A DNA stretch of 64,000 nucleotides from the human T2T-CHM13v2.0 reference genome, Homo sapiens: NCBI RefSeq assembly GCF_009914755.1, contig NC_060929.1; one strand, written 5' to 3'. The translations under genes and the position numbers were made by a program. Under the pieces are notes generated by a model, which was given only the letters and a program-made list of their open reading frames with translations, did no database searches and was not told the origin of the DNA. Shown here piece by piece: positions 21,101 to 36,455 of the stretch. Position 1 is the first letter of the stretch. Every line of letters begins with the position of its first letter.

Positions 21101-24100
21101 ACTCTTTTCGTAGAATTTGTAAGTGTGCATTTGCAGCACTTTGAGGTCTATGTTGGAAAAGAAAATATCTTCACATAAAAACAAGACAGAAGCATTCTCA
21201 GAAACTTCCTTGGATGTTTGCATTCAACTCACAGAGGAGAACATACCTTTTCATAAAACAGTTTTGAAACACTCTTTTTGTAGAATCTGCAAGGGGATAT
21301 TTGGACTGCTTTGTGGCCTTTGTTGGAAACTTGTATATCTTCTAATAAAAACTTGACAGGAGAATTCTCAGAAACTTCTTTGAGATGTGTGCATTCAACT
21401 CACAGAGGTGAAACTTCCTTATGATAGAGCAGTTTTGAAACACTCTTTTTTTAGAATCTGCAAGTGGATATTTGGACCTGTTTGAGGACTTCGTTGGAAA
21501 CGAGAATATCTTCACATAAAAGCTAGACAGAAGCATTCTCAGAAACTTCTTTTGATGTGTGCATTCAAATTACAGACGTGAATCTTCCTTTTGATAGAGT
21601 AGTTTTTCAACACTCTTTGTGTAGAATCTGAAAGTGGACATTTGGAGCACTATGAGGCTTATGGTAAGAAAGGAAATATCTTCATATAAAAACTAGACAG
21701 AAGTATTCTCAGAAAATACTTTGCGTTGTGTTCATTCAAATCAAAGTGTTGAACATTTCTTTTGATAGTGGAGCCTTGAAACACTCTTTTTGTAGAATTT
21801 GCAAGTGGACATTTGGAGACCTTTGAGGCCTACGGTGGAAAAGAAAAGATCTTCACAAAAGAACTAGACAGAAGAATTCTCAGAAACTTCTTTGCAATGA
21901 TTGAATTTAACTCACAGAGTTGAGCATATCTTTTGATACAGAAGTTCTGAAACACTATTTTTGTAGAATCTGCAAGTGGATATTTGGAGCATTTTGAGGC
22001 CTATAGTTGAAACCGGAATAACTTCACATGAAACCCAGACAGAAGCATTCTCAGAAACTTGTATGTGATGTGTGCACTTAACTCAAAGAGGTGAACCTTC
22101 GTTTTCATAGAGCAGTTTTGAAACACTATTTGTGTAAATTCTGTAAGTGGACATTCGGAGGGCTTTGAGGGCTATGGTGCAACTGGAAATATCTTCACAT
22201 CAAAACTATATAGAAGCATTTTCAGAAAGTTCTTTGTGATGTGTGCATTGAACTCAGAGTTGAACATTTCTTTGGATAGAGCAGTTTTATAACTCTTTTT
22301 GTGGAATCCAAAAGTGGATATTTGGACCAATTTGAGCCCTTTGTAGTAAATGGGAATATCTTTACATCAAAACTAGACAGTAGAATTCTCAGAAACTTCT
22401 TTGTGATGTGTGCATTCAACTCACAGATTTGAACCTTCCTTTTGATAGAGCAGTTTTGAAACACTCTTTTTGTAGAAACTTCAACTGGATATTTGGACAG
22501 ATTTGTAACAATCGCTGGAAACGGGATTATATTCTCATAAAAGCTAGACAGAAGCATTCTCAGAAACTACTTTCTGATGTATGCATTCAACTCCCAGAGT
22601 TGAACCTTCCTTTTGATAGAGCAGTTTTGAAACACTCTTTTTGTAGGATCTCCAAGTGGACATTTGGAGCGCTTTGAGGGCTATGGTGGAAAAAGAAATA
22701 TCTTCACATAAAAACTAGACAGAAGCATTCCCAGAAACTTCTTTGTGATGTTTGCATTCAACTCACAGAGTTGAACAGACCTTTTCATAGAGCAGTTTTG
22801 CAGCACTCTTTTTGTAGAACCTGCAAGTGGACATTTGAAGCTCTTTGTGGGCTATTGTAATAAAGGAAATATCTTCACATAAAAACTAGACAGAAGCATT
22901 CTCAGAAACTCCTTTGTGATGTGTGCATTCAACTCACAGAGTTGAATCTTCCTTTTCATAGAGCAGTTTTGAAACAGTCTTTGTGTAAAATCTGCAAGTG
23001 GACATTTGGAGCGCTTTGAGGGCTATGGTGGAAAAGGAATTATCTTCACATAAAAATTAGACAGAAGCATTCTCAGAAACTTCTTTTTGATGTGTGCATT
23101 CAACTCACAGTGTTGAACCCTCGTTTTGATGGAGTAGTTTGGAAACACTCTTTTTGTAGGATCTGCAAGGGGACACTTGGAGAGCTTTGAGACCTATGTT
23201 GGAAAAGGAAATATCTTCACATAAAAACTAGACAGAAGCATTCCCGGAAACTTCTTTGTGATGTGTGCATTCTACTCACAGAGTTGAACCCTCCTTTGAT
23301 AGAGCTGTTTTGAAACAAACTTTTTGCAGAATCTGCAAATAGACATTTGGACCGCTGTGAGGCCGTCATTGGAATCGGGAATATCTTCACGTAAAAACTA
23401 GACAGAAACATTCTCAGAAACTTCTTTGTGATGTGTGCATTCTACTCACAGAAGTGAACTTTCCTTTCGACACAGCAGTTTTCAAACACTATTTTTGTAG
23501 AATCTGCAAGTGGACATTTGGAGGACTTAGTGGGCTATGGTGGAAAAGGAAATATCTTCACATAAAAACTAGACAGAAGCATTGTCAGAAACGTCTTTGT
23601 GATGTGTGCATTCAACTCACCAAGTTGAAACTTTCTTTTCATAGAGCAGTTTTGAAACTCTTTTTGTAGAATCTCAAGTGGATATTTAGACTGCTTTGTG
23701 GCCTTCACTGGAAATGGGAATATCTTCTCATAAAGACTTGACAGAAGCATTCTCAGAAACTTCTTTGTGATGTGTGCATTCAACTCACAGAGGTGAACCT
23801 TCCTTTTGATAGAGAAGTCTTGGAACACTCTTTGTGTAGAATCTGCAAGCAGACATTTGCTGTGCTTTGAGGCCTATAGTAGAAAAGGAAAAAATATCTT
23901 CCTGTGAAAACTAGACAAAAGCATTCTCAGAAAGTACTTTGTGTTGTATGCATTCAGACTCACAGAATTGAGCCTTTCCTTTGATAGAGCAGCTTTGAAC
24001 CACTCTTTTTGTAGAATATGCAAGTGGACATTTGGAAAGCTTTGAGTCCTGTGGTGGAAAGGGAAATATCTTCACATAAAAACTAGAGAGAAGCATTCTC

Positions 24101-25916
24101 AGAAACTTCTTTGTGATGTGTACATTCAACTCACATATTTGAACCTTCTTTTTAATAGAGCAGTTTTGAAACACTCTTTTTGTAGTATCTGCAAGTGGAC
24201 ATTTGGAGCTCGTTGAGGGCTACTTTGGAAAAGGAAATATCTTCACATAAAAACTAGACAGAAGCACTCTCAGAAACTTCTTTGTGATGTGTGCATTCAA
24301 CTCACAGACTTGAACCTTCCTTTTGATAGGTTAGTTTTGTAACAATCTTTGTGTAGAATATGCAAGCGTACATTTGGAGTGATTTGAAGCCTACGGTAGA
24401 AAAGAAAATATCTTCCTATAAAATCTAGACAGAAGGATTCTCAGAAACTACTTTGTGTTGTGTTCATTCAACTCACAGTGTTGAACACTTCCTTTGATAA
24501 TCAAGCTTTGAAACACTCTTTTTGTAGAATCTGTAAGTGGACATTTGGAGAGCTTTGAGGCCTATGGTGGAAAAAGTAATATCCTCACATAAAAACTAGA
24601 CAGTAGTATTCTCAGAAACTACTTTGTGATGTGTCCTTTCAACTAACAGAGTTGAACTTTGCTTTTGATAGAGCAATTTTGAAATACTCTTTTTGTGGGA
24701 TCTGAAGTGTATATATCGACCGGTTTGAGGCCTTCATTGGAAACGGGAATATCTTCCCTTAAAAACTAGACAGAAGCATTCTCAGAAACTATTTTGTGAT
24801 GTATGCCTTCAATTCACTGAGTTGAACCTTTCTTTTGATAGAGCAGTTTTGAAACAGTCTTTGTGTAGAATCTGCAAGTGGACATTTGGAGAGCTTTGAG
24901 GCCAAGGTGGAAAAGGAAATATCTTCACATAAAAACTAGACAGAAGCATTCTCAGAAACTGCTTTGTGATGTGTGCATTAAACTCACGGAGTTGAACCTT
25001 TCTTTTCATAGAGCAGTTTTCAAATACTCTCTTTGTAGTGTCTGCAAGTGGATATTTGGACGGCTTTGAGGGCTATGGTAGAAAATGAAATATCTTCACA
25101 TAAAATCTAGACAGAAGAATTCTCAGAAACTTCTGATGTGTGCATTCAGCTTACAGAGTTGAATATTCCTATTCACAGAGCAGTTTTGAAACACCTTTGT
25201 TGTAGAATCTGCAAGTGGATATTTGAACTACTTGGTGGCCTTCGTTGGAAACTGGTGCATCTTCTCATAACTAGACGGAAGTATTCTCAGAAACTACTTT
25301 TTGAAGTTTGCATTCATGTCACAGAGTTGAACCTTCCTTTGGGTAAGCAGTTTTGAAATACTCTTTTTGTAGAATCTTCAAGTGAACATTTGGAGTGCTT
25401 TGAGGGTTATGGTGGAAAATGAAATATCTTCACATACAAACTAGACAGAAGAATTCTCAAATCTTCTTTGTGATGTTTGCATTCAACTCACAGAGTTGAA
25501 TATACCTTTTCATAGAGCAGCTTTGAAACATGCCTTTTGTAGGATCTGCAAGTGTATATTTAGACCGCTTTGAGGCCGTCGTTGGAAACGGGAATATCTT
25601 CACATAAAAACTAGACAGAAGCATTCTCAGAAACTTCTTTGTGATTCTGCATTCAACTCAAAGTGTTGAACCCTGCTTTTGATAGAGCTGTTCTGAAACA
25701 CTCTTTTTGTAGAATCTGCAAGTAGACATTTGGAGCGCTTTGAGGGCTATGGTGGAAAAGGATAGATCTTCACATAGAAAGTAGACAGAAGCATTCTCAG
25801 AAACTTCTCTGTGATGTTTACATTCAACTAACAGAGTTGTACATACCTTTCATAGCGCCTTTTTGAAACACTCTTTTTGTAGAATCTGCAACTGGATATT
25901 GGGACTGCTTTGTGGC

Positions 25917-25933
25917 CTTCGTTGGAAACGGGA
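25917..25933 (+). promoter_or_regulatory. CENP-B box (perfect)
   Basis: CTTCGTTGGAAACGGGA. Confidence 0.93.
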
Positions 25934-27276
25934 ATATCTTTTCATAAAAACTTGACAGAAGAATTCTCAGAAACTTCTTTATGATGTGTGCATTCAACTC
26001 ACATAGTTGAACCTTTCCTTCGATAGAGGAGTTTTGAGACACTCATTATGTAGGACCTGAGAGTGGACCTTTCAAGCGTTTTGAGTGCTATGGTGGGAAA
26101 GAAAATATGTTCACATAAAAACTAGACAGAAGCATTATCAGAAACTTCTTTGGATGTTTGCATTCAGCCCCATTGTTGAACCTACGTTTTCATAGAGTAG
26201 TTTTGAAACACTCTTTTTGTAGAATCTGCAAGTGTACTTTTGGAGCGCTTTGAGGGCTATGGTGGAAAAGGAAATATCTTCACAGAAAAACTAGACAGAA
26301 GTATTCTCAAGACATCTTTGGATGTTTGCATTCAACTCAAAGATTTGAACATACCTTTTTATAGAGCAGTTTTGAAATACTCTTTTTGTAGAATCTGCAA
26401 GTGGACATTTGGAGCTCTTTGATGCCTATGGTGGAATATGAAATATCTTCACATAAAAACTACACCGAAGGATTCTCAGAAACTTCTTTGTGATGTTTGC
26501 ATTCAAATCACATTGTTGAACATAACTTTTCATAGAGCAGCTTTGAAACAGTCTTTTTGTGTTATCTGCAAGTGGATATTTGGACCGATTTGTGGCCTTC
26601 GTTGGAAATGGAAATATCTTCTCATAAAAACTATACAGAAGCATTCTCGGAAACTTCTTTGTGATGTGTTCATTCAACTCAGAGTGTTGAACCTTGATTT
26701 TGATAGAGCAGTTTTGAAACTCTTTGTGTAGAATATGCAAGCGGACATTTGTAGTGCTTTGAGGCCTATGGAATAAATGGAAATATCTTCATATAAAAGG
26801 TAAACAGAAGCATTCTCAGAAACTGCTTTGCATTGTGTGCATTCAACTCACAGTTGAACCTCTCTTTTGATAGAGTAGCTTTGACACACTCTTTTTCTAG
26901 AATCTGCAAGTTGAAATTTGGAGAGCTTTAAGGCCTATTGTGGAAAAGGAAATATCTTCACATAAAAACTAGACAGAAACATTCTCAGACACTTCTTTGT
27001 GATTTGTGCATTCAACTCACAGAGTTGAACATTCCATTTGATAGAGCACTTTTGAAACACTCTTTGTGTTGTATCTGCAAGTGGACATTTGGAGCGCTTT
27101 GAGGCCTGTGTTGGAAAAGGAAATATCTTCACATAAAAACTAGACAGAAGCATTCACAGAAACTTCTATGTGATGGGTGCATTCAACTCACAGATTCGAA
27201 CCTTCCTTTCAATAGAGCAGTTTTGAAACACTCTTTTTGTAGAATCTGCAAGTGGACATTTTGACAGATTTGAGGC

Positions 27277-27293
27277 CTTCGTTGGAAACGGGA
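27277..27293 (+). promoter_or_regulatory. CENP-B box (perfect); the next monomer has a second core-matching box at 27448-27464
   Basis: CTTCGTTGGAAACGGGA, then CTTCGTTGGAAACGGGT 171 bp downstream. Confidence 0.92.
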
Positions 27294-29490
27294 ATATCTT
27301 CCCATAAAAACTAGACAGAAGCATTCTCAGAAGCTTCTTTATGATATCTGCATTCAACTCACAGTGTTGAACCTTCCTTTTGGTAGAGCAGTTTTTAAAC
27401 ACTCTTTTTGTAGAATCTGCAAGTGGATTTTTGGACTGCTTTATGGCCTTCGTTGGAAACGGGTTTATATTCTCATAAAAACTAGACAGAAGCATTTTCA
27501 GAAACTACTTTGTGATGCATGCATTCAACTCACCGAGTTGAACCTTCCTTTTAATAGAGTAGATTTGAAACGATCTTTGTGTAGAATCTGCAAGTGGATA
27601 TTTGGAGCGCTTTGACGCCTATTGTAGAAAAGGAAATATCTTCATATAAAAACTATACAGAAACATTCTCAGAAGCAACTTTGTGTTGTGTGCCTTCAAC
27701 TCACAGAGTCGAACATTTCTTTTGAAAGTGCAGCCGTGAAACACTCTTTTTGTAGAATTTGCAAGTGAACATTTGGAGACCTTTGAGGCCAATGGTGGAA
27801 AAGGAAATATCTTCACTTAAGAACTAGACAGAAGCTTTCTCAGAAACTTCTTTACGATGATTGAATACAACTCACAGAGTTGAGCATCACTTTTCATAGA
27901 GCAATTTTGGAACAATCTTTTTGTAGAATCTGCTAGTGGATATTTGGAGCGTTTTGAGGCCTATGGTTGAAACAGGAATATCTTCACATGAAACCCAGAC
28001 AGAATCATTCTCAGAAACTCCTTTGTGATGTGTGCATTCAACTCACAGAGTTGAACCTTCCTTTTCATTGAGCAGTTTTGAAACACTATTTGCATAAAAT
28101 CTGCAAGTGCACATTTGGAGTGCTTTGATGGCTGTGGTGGAAAAGGAAATATCTTCACATAAAAACTATACAGAAGTATTCTCAGAAAGTTCTTTATTGA
28201 ACTTTTCTTTGGATAGAGCAGTTTTATAACACTCTTTTTGTGGAATCTGCAAGTGGATATTTGGACGGTTTTGAGGTCTTCATTGGAAATGGGAATATCT
28301 TCACATAAAAACTAGACAGAAGAATTCTCAGAAACTTCTTTGGATGTGTGCATTCACCTCACAGCTTTGAACCTTCCTTTTGATAGTGCAGTTTTGTAAT
28401 GCTCTTTTTGTAGAATCTGCAAGTGGATATTTGGACTGATTTGTGGCCTTCGCTGGAAACGGGATTATATTCTCATAAAAAATAGACAGAAGAATTATCA
28501 GAAGCTTCTTTGTGATGTGTGCATACAACTCCCAGAGTTGAAACATCCTTTTGATAGTGCAAGTTTGAAACACTCTTTTTGTAGAATCTGCAAGTGGATA
28601 TTTGGAGTGCATTGTGGACTTCGTTGGAAACAGGTATATATTCTCATAACTAGACAGAAGAATTATCAGAAACTTCTTTGTAATGTTTGCATTCAACTCC
28701 CAGAGTTGAACCTTCCTTTTGATAGAGCAGTTTTGAAATACACTTTTCGTAGAATCTGCAAGTGTACATTTGGAGCGCTTTGAGGGTTATGGTGGAAAAT
28801 GAATTATCTTCACATAAAAACTAGAAATAAGCATTCTCAGAAACTTCTTTGTGGTGTTTGCATTCAACTCACAGAGTTGAACATACCTTTTCATAGAGCA
28901 GCTTTGAAACACTCTTTTTGTAGAATCCACAAGTGTATATTTGGACCACTTTGAGGCCGTCGTTGGAAACGGGTATATCTTCACATAAAAAGTAGACAGA
29001 AACATTCTTAGAAACTTATTTGTGATGTGTGCATTCAACTCACAGATTTGAACTTTCCTTTCGATAAAGGAGTTTTGAAACACTCTTTTTGTAGGGTCTG
29101 CAAGTGGACGTTTGGAGGGCTTTGAGGGCTATGGTGGAAAAGAAAATATCTTCTAACAAAAACTAGACAGAGGCATTATCAGAAAGTTCTTTGTGATGTT
29201 TACATTCAACTCACATAGTTGAACATACCTTTTCATAGAGCAGATTTGAAACACTCTTTTCGTATAATCTGCAAGTGTACTTTTAGAGCGCTTTGAGGGC
29301 AATGGTGGAAAAGGAAATATCTTCACAGTAAAACTACAGAGAAGCATTCTCAAAACATCTTTGGATATTTGCATTCAACTCACAGAGTTGAACATACCTT
29401 TTTACAGTGCAGTTTTCAAACACTCTTTTTGTAGGATCTGCAAATGGACATTTGGAACTCTTAGAGGGCTACGTTGAAAAAGGAAATATC

Positions 29491-29794
29491 ATCATTCTCA
29501 GTAAACTATTGCAAGAACAGAGAACTAAACACAGTATATTCTCACTCATAGGTGGGAATTGAACATTGAAAACACATGGACACAGGAAGGGAAACATCAC
29601 AGTCTGGGGACTGTTGTGCGGTAGGGGGAGGTTGGAGGGATAGCATTGCTAGATATACCTAATGCCAGATGACGAGTTAGTGGGTGCTGCGCACCAGCAT
29701 GGCATCTGTATACGTATATAGCTAAACTGCACATTGTGCACATGTACCCTAAAGCGTAAAGAATAATAATAATAATAAATACATAAAATAAAAT
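29491..29794 (+). mobile_element. 5'-truncated L1 3' stub (~300 bp, L1PA3-like) with 14-bp TSD
   Basis: ATCATTCTCAGTAAACTAT...GTACCCTAAAG with an AAT/AAAAT tail; AAAAAGGAAATATC at 29477-29490 and 29795-29808. Confidence 0.95.
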
Positions 29795-30637
29795 AAAAAG
29801 GAAATATCTTCACATAAAAACTAGGCAGAAGCATTCTCAGAAATTTCTTCGGGATGTGTGCATTCAACTCACAGAGTTGAACCTTCGTTTTGATGGAGCA
29901 GTTTTGAAACACTCTTTTTTGTAGAATCTGCAAGTGGACATTAGGAGCGCTTTGAGGGCTATGGTGGAAATGGAAATATCTTCACATAAAAACTAGACAG
30001 AAGCATTCTCAGAACCTATATTGTGATGTGTGCATTCAGCTCACAGTGTTGAACACACCTTTTCATAGAGCAGTTTATAAACACTCTTTTTGTGGAATCT
30101 GCAAGTGGATATTTGGACTGCTTTGTGGCCTTTCTTGGAAATGGGTATATCTTCTTATAAGTAGACAGAAGCTTTTTCAGAAACTACTTTGTGATGTTTG
30201 CATTCAACACACAGAGTTGGACTTTCCTTTTGACAGAGCAGTTTTGAAACACTCTTTTTGTAGAATCTGCAAGTGGACATTTGGAGTGCTTTGAGGTCTA
30301 TTCTAGAAAAGATAATATCTTCACATAAAAACTAGACTGAAACATTCTCAGAAACTTCTTTGTGTTGTGTGAATTCAACTCACCGAGTTGAAACTTTCTT
30401 TTGATAGAGTAGTTTTGAAACACTCTTTTTTTAGATTCTGCAGGTGGATATTTGGACCGGTTTGAGGCCTTCGTTGGAAATGGGAATACTTCTCATAAAA
30501 ACTTGACAGAAGCATTATCAGAAACTTCTTTGTTAAGCGTGCATTCTCTTCACCGAGGTGAATTTTTCTTTTGATAGAGCAGTTTTGAAACACTCTGCTT
30601 TTAGTATCTGCAAGCAGACATCATAGTGCTTTGAGAC

Positions 30638-30654
30638 CTTCGTTGGAAACGGGA
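30638..30654 (+). promoter_or_regulatory. CENP-B box (perfect)
   Basis: CTTCGTTGGAAACGGGA. Confidence 0.92.
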
Positions 30655-33600
30655 ATATCTTCTCATAAAAAACTTGACAGAAGCATTTTCAGAAACTGCT
30701 TTACGATGTGTGCATTCGAGTTACAGAATTGAACCTTTCTTTTGATAGAGCAGTTTTGAAACACTCTATTTGCAGAATCAGCAAGTGAAAATTTGGAGAG
30801 CTTTGAGGCCTATGGTGGAAAAGAAAATATCTTCACATAAAAACTAGACAGAAGCATTTTCAGGAACTTCTTTGTGATGTCTGCATTCAACTCACAGAGT
30901 TGAACCTTCCTTCTGATAGAGCAGTTTTGAAACACCCTTTTTGTAGAATATGCAAGTGGACATTTGGAGCGCTTTGAGGGCTATGGTGGAAAAGTCAATA
31001 TCTTCACATAGAAACTACACAGAACCATTCTCAGAAACTTCTTTGAGATGTGCGTGTGCATTCAACTCACAGAGTTCAACCTTCCTTTCGATAGAGCAGT
31101 TTTGATACACTTTTTTTGTAGAATGTGCATGTGAACATTTGGAGCTCTTTGAGGACTATTGTGGAAAAGGAAATATCTTCACATAAAAACTAGACAGAAT
31201 AATTCTCAGAAACTTCTTTGTGATGTGTGCATTCAACTCACAGAGTTGAAACCTTCTTTTGATAGAGTAGTTTTGTAACAGTCTTTCTCTGGAAACTGCA
31301 AGTCGATATTTGGACAGGTATGAGGCCTTCATTGGAAACGGGAATAGCTTCACATAAAAATTAGACAGAAGCATTCTCAGAAACTTATTTGTGATGTGTG
31401 CACTCAGTTCACAGAGTTGAACCTTCCTTTTGGTAGAGGAGTTTTTACAGACTCTTTTTGTAGAATCTGCAAATACATATTTGGACTGCTTTGTGGCCTT
31501 CGTTGTAAACGATATTATATTCTCATAAAAACTAGACAGAAGCATTTTCAGAAACTTCTTTGTGATGTGTGCATTCAACTTAGAGAGTTGAACCTTCCTT
31601 CTGATAGAGCAGTTATGACTCTTTTTGTAGAATCTGCAAGTGGACATTTGGAGTGCTTTGTGGGCTATAGTGGAAAAGGAAATATCTTCACATAAAAACT
31701 AGACAGAAGCATTCTTAGAAACTTCTTTGTAATGTGTGCATTCAACTCACCGAGTTGAACATTTCTTTTGATAGAGCAGTTTTGAAACACTCTTTTTATA
31801 GAAACTGCCAGTGGATATTTGGACAGGTTTGAGGCCTTAATTGGAAATGGGAGTATCTTCACATAAAAACTAGGCAGAAGCATTCTCAGAAACTTCTTTG
31901 TGATGTGTGCATTCACCTCACAGAGTTGAACCTTCCTTTTGATAGAGCAGTGTTGAAACACTCTTTGAGTAGAATCTACAAGCGGACATTTGGAGTGCTT
32001 TGAGGCCTGTGGTAGAAAAGGAAATATCTTCATATGAAAACTAGACAAAGCATTCTCAGTAACTGGGTTGTGTTGTGTGCATTCAACTTACAGAGTTCAA
32101 CCTTTTCTTTGCTAGAACAGCCTTGAAATACTCTTTTTGTAGAATCTGCAAGTGGATAATTGGAGCGCTTTGAGAGCTATCTTTGAAAAGCAAATGTCTA
32201 CACATAAAAACTAGACAGAAGCATTCTCAGAAACTTCTTTGGGATGTGTGCATTCAACTCACAGATTTGAGCCTTTCTTTTGATAGGGCAGTTTTGAAGC
32301 ACTCTTTTTGTAGAATTTTCAAGTGGACATTTGGAACACTTTGAGGTCTATTCTGGAAAAGGAAATATCTTCACATAAAAACTAGACAGAAGCATTCTCA
32401 GAAACTTCTTTTTGATGTGTCCATTCAACTCACAGAGTTGAACCTATGTTTTGATTGACCAGTTTTGAATAACTCTTTTTGTAGAATCTGCAAGTGTATA
32501 TTTGGAGCGCTTTGAGGGCTATTCTGGAAAAGAAAATATCTTCACATAAAAACTAGACAGAAGCTTGCTGAGAAGCTTCTTTGTGATGTTTGCCTTCTGC
32601 TCAAAGTGTTGAACTTTGCTTTTCATAGAGCAGTTTCAAAAGACTGTTTTTCTAGAATCTGCAAGTGGATATTTAGACCGATTTGAGGCCTTCTTTGGAA
32701 ACGGAAATATCTTCACATAAAAACTAGACAGAAGTATTCTCAGAAAATTCTCTGTGATGTTTGCATTCAACTCACACAGGTGAACATACCGTTTCTTACA
32801 GCAGTTTTGAAACACTCTATTTTTAGAATCTGCAAGTGGATATTTGGACTGCTTTGTGGCCTTCACTGGAAACGGGAATATATTCTCATAAAAACTTGAC
32901 AGAAGTATACTCAGAAACTTCTTTGAGATGTGTGCATTCAATTGAGAGAGAGGAAAGTTCCTTTTGATAGAGCAATTTTGAAACTCTCTATTTGCAGAAT
33001 CTGCGAGTGGACATTTGGATCGCTTTGAGTGCTAAGGTGGAAAAGGAAATATCTTCACATAAAAACTAGACAGAAGCATTCTCAGAAACTTCTTAGTGAT
33101 GTGTGCATTCAACTCACATATTTGAAACTTCCTTTTGACAGAGCAGTTTTGAAACACTCTTTGTGTGGAATCTGCATGTAGACTTTTGGAGCGCTTTGAG
33201 GGCTACGTTTGGAAAGGAAAGATCTTCAGAAAAAAATTAGAAAGAAGCATTCTCAGAAACTACTTTGGGATGTGTGCATTCAACCCACAGAGTTGAACCT
33301 TCCTTTTAATAGAGCAGTTTTGAAACACTCTTTTTGTAGAATCTGCAAGTGGACATTTCGATCGCTTTGAGCGCTATGGTGGAAATGGAAACATCTTCAC
33401 ATAGAAACTAGACAGAAGCATTCTCGGAAACTTCTTTGTGATGTGTGCATTCATCTCCCAGAGTTGAACATACCTTTTCGTAGAGCAGTTTTGAAACAGT
33501 CTTTTTGTAGAATCTGTAAGTGAATATTTGGACTGCTTTGCGGCCTTCGTTGGAAAAGGGTTATATCCTCTCACAACTAGACAGAAGCATTCTAGGAAAT

Positions 33601-35245
33601 TACTTTGTGATATTTGCATTCACTTCAGAGACTTGAACCTTTCTTTTGATAGAGCAGTTTTGAAATACTCTTTTCGTAGATTCTGCATGTGTACTTTGGG
33701 AGCGCTTTGAGGGTTATGGTGGAAAATGAAATATCTTCACATAAAAACTAGATAGAAGCATCCTCAGAAACTTGTTTCTGATGTTTGCATGCAACTCACT
33801 GACTTGAACATACCTTTTCATAGAGCAGCTTTGAAACGCTCTTTTTGTAGACTGTGCAAGTGTATATTTGGACCAGTTTGTGGCCTTCATTGGAAACGGG
33901 AATATCTTCACATAAAAACTAGACAAAAGCATTCACAGAAACTTCTTGGTGATGTGTGCCTTCAACTCACAGATTTGAAACTTCCTTTAGAGCAGTTTTG
34001 AAACAATTTTTTTTTTTTGGATTTGCAAGTGGACATTTGGAGTGCTTTGACGGCTTTGGTGGAAATGGGAATATCTTCACATAAAAACTAGACAGAAGCA
34101 TTCTCAGAAACTTCTTTGTGATGTGTGCATTCAGCTCAGAGAGTTGAAAATAACTTTTCATAGAGCAATTTGGAAACACTCATTTTGTAGAATCTGCAAG
34201 TGTATATTTGGACTGCTTTGTGGCCTTCTTAGGAAACGGGTATATCTTCTCATAACTAGAGAGAAGCATTCTCAGAAACTAATTTGTGATGTTTGCATTG
34301 AACTCACAGAGTTAAACCTTCCTTTTTGGTAGAACAGTTTTCAAATACTCTTTTTGTAGAATCTGCAAGTGTACATTTGGAGCTCTTTGCGGGTTATGGT
34401 GTAAAATGAAATATCTTCACATAGAACTTGAAAGAAGCATTCTCAGAAACTTCTTTGTGATGTTTGCTTTCAACTCACAGAGTTGAACATGACTTTTCAT
34501 AGTGCAGCTTTGAAATACTCTTTTTGTAGAATCTGCAAGTTTATATTTGGAGCGATTTGAGGCCTTCATTGGAAATGGGAATATCTTCACATAAAAAGAA
34601 GACAGAAGCATTCTCAGAAACTTCTTTGTGATAGGTGCATTCAACTCACACAGTTGAACCTTCCTTTAGATAGAGCAGTTTTGAAACACTCTTTTTGTGG
34701 AATCTGCAAGTGGATATTTGGACTGGTTTGCGGCCTTTGTTGGAAACGGGAATATCTTCCCATGAAAATTAGACTGAACTATTCTCAGAAACTTCTTTGT
34801 GATATTTGCATTCATCTCACGGATTTGAAAATACCTCTTCATAGAGCAGCTTTGAAACACTGTTTTTGTACATTCCGCAAGTGTATATTTTGACCTCTTT
34901 GAGGCCTTCGTTGGAAAAGGGAATATCTTCACATAAATAACTAGACAGAAGGTTTCTCAGAAACTTCTTTGTGAAGATTGCATTCAACTCACAGAACTTA
35001 ACCTTCCTTTCTGTAGAGCAGTTTTGAAACAGTCTTTTTGTAAATTCTGCAAGTGGACATTTGGACTGCATTGAGGGCTACGGGGAAAGGAAATATTTTC
35101 ACATAAAAACTAGACAGAAACATTCTCAGAAACTATTTTGGGAGGTGTGCATCAACTCACAGAGTTGAACTTTCCTTTTGATACAGCATTTTTGAAACAC
35201 TCTTTTTGTAGAATCTGCAAGTGGATATTTGGATTGCTTAGTGGC

Positions 35246-35262
35246 CTTCGTTGGAAACGGGA
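35246..35262 (+). promoter_or_regulatory. CENP-B box (perfect)
   Basis: CTTCGTTGGAAACGGGA. Confidence 0.92.
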
Positions 35263-36438
35263 ATATCATCTCATAAAAACTTGACAGAAGCATTCTCAGA
35301 AACTTCTTTGTGATGTGTGCATTTACCTCACAGAGTTCAACCTTCCTTTTCGTAGAGCAGTTTTGAAACACTCTTTTTGCAGGATCTGCAAGTGGACATT
35401 TGGAGCGCTTTTTGGGCAATGATGGAAAAGGAAATATCTCCTCATAAAAAATAGACAGAAGCGATCTCAGAAACCTCTTTGTGATGTTTGCATTGAACTC
35501 ACAGAGTTGAACATATCTTTTCATAGTGCAGTTTTGAAACACTCTTTTAGTATAATCTACAAGTGGATATTTAGACTGGTTTGAGGCCATCGTTGGAAAC
35601 GGGAATATCTTCACATGAAAGCTAGACAGAAGCATTCTCAGAAACCACTTTGTGAGGTTTGCATTCTACTCACAGAGTTGATCCTTCCTTTTGATAGAAC
35701 AGTTTTGAAACACTCTTTGTGTAGTATTTGCAAGTGGACATTTGGGGCCCTTTGAAAGTTATGGTGGAAAAGGAAATATCTTCACAATGAAGCTAGACAG
35801 AAGCATTCTCAAAAACTACTTTGTGATGTGTGCATTGACCACATAGAGTTTAAGCTTTCTTATGATAGAGCAGTTTTGAAATACTCTTTTTTTAGAATCT
35901 GCAAATGGAAATTTTAGCCGGTTTGAGGCCTTCATTGGAAACGGGAATATCTTCACAAAAAACCTGGAGAGAAGCATTCTCAGAACTTCTTTGTGATGTG
36001 TGCATTCAAGTCACAGACGTGAAACTTCCTTTTGAGAGAGCAGTTTTGAAACGCACTTTGTGTTGAATCTGTAAGCGGACATTTGGACCACTTTGTGGCC
36101 TATAGCAGAAAAGGAAACATCTTCATACAAAAACTAGACAGAAGTATTATCAGAAAGTGTTTTGTGTTGTTTGCATTCAACTCACAGATTGAAGATTTCC
36201 TTTGATAGAGCGGCTTTGAAACACTCTTTTTGTAGAATCTGCAATGGACATTTGGAGTGCTTTGAGGCCAAGATGGAAAAGGAAATATCTTCACATAAAA
36301 ACTAGACAGAAGCATTCCCAAAAACTGTTTTGTGATGTGTGAATTCAAGTCACAGAGTTGAAACTTTCTTTTGGTAGAGCCGTTTTGAAACACTCTTTTT
36401 GTAGAATCTGCAAGTGGATATTTAGACTGCTTTGTGGC

Positions 36439-36455
36439 CTTCGTTGGAAACGGGA
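36439..36455 (+). promoter_or_regulatory. CENP-B box (perfect)
   Basis: CTTCGTTGGAAACGGGA. Confidence 0.92.

Noticed and set aside
21490-21506. Apparent CENP-B boxes at 21490, 25577, 26597, 35588, 50464 and 62783
   Set aside because: Each has a change in the essential TTCG or CGGG positions.
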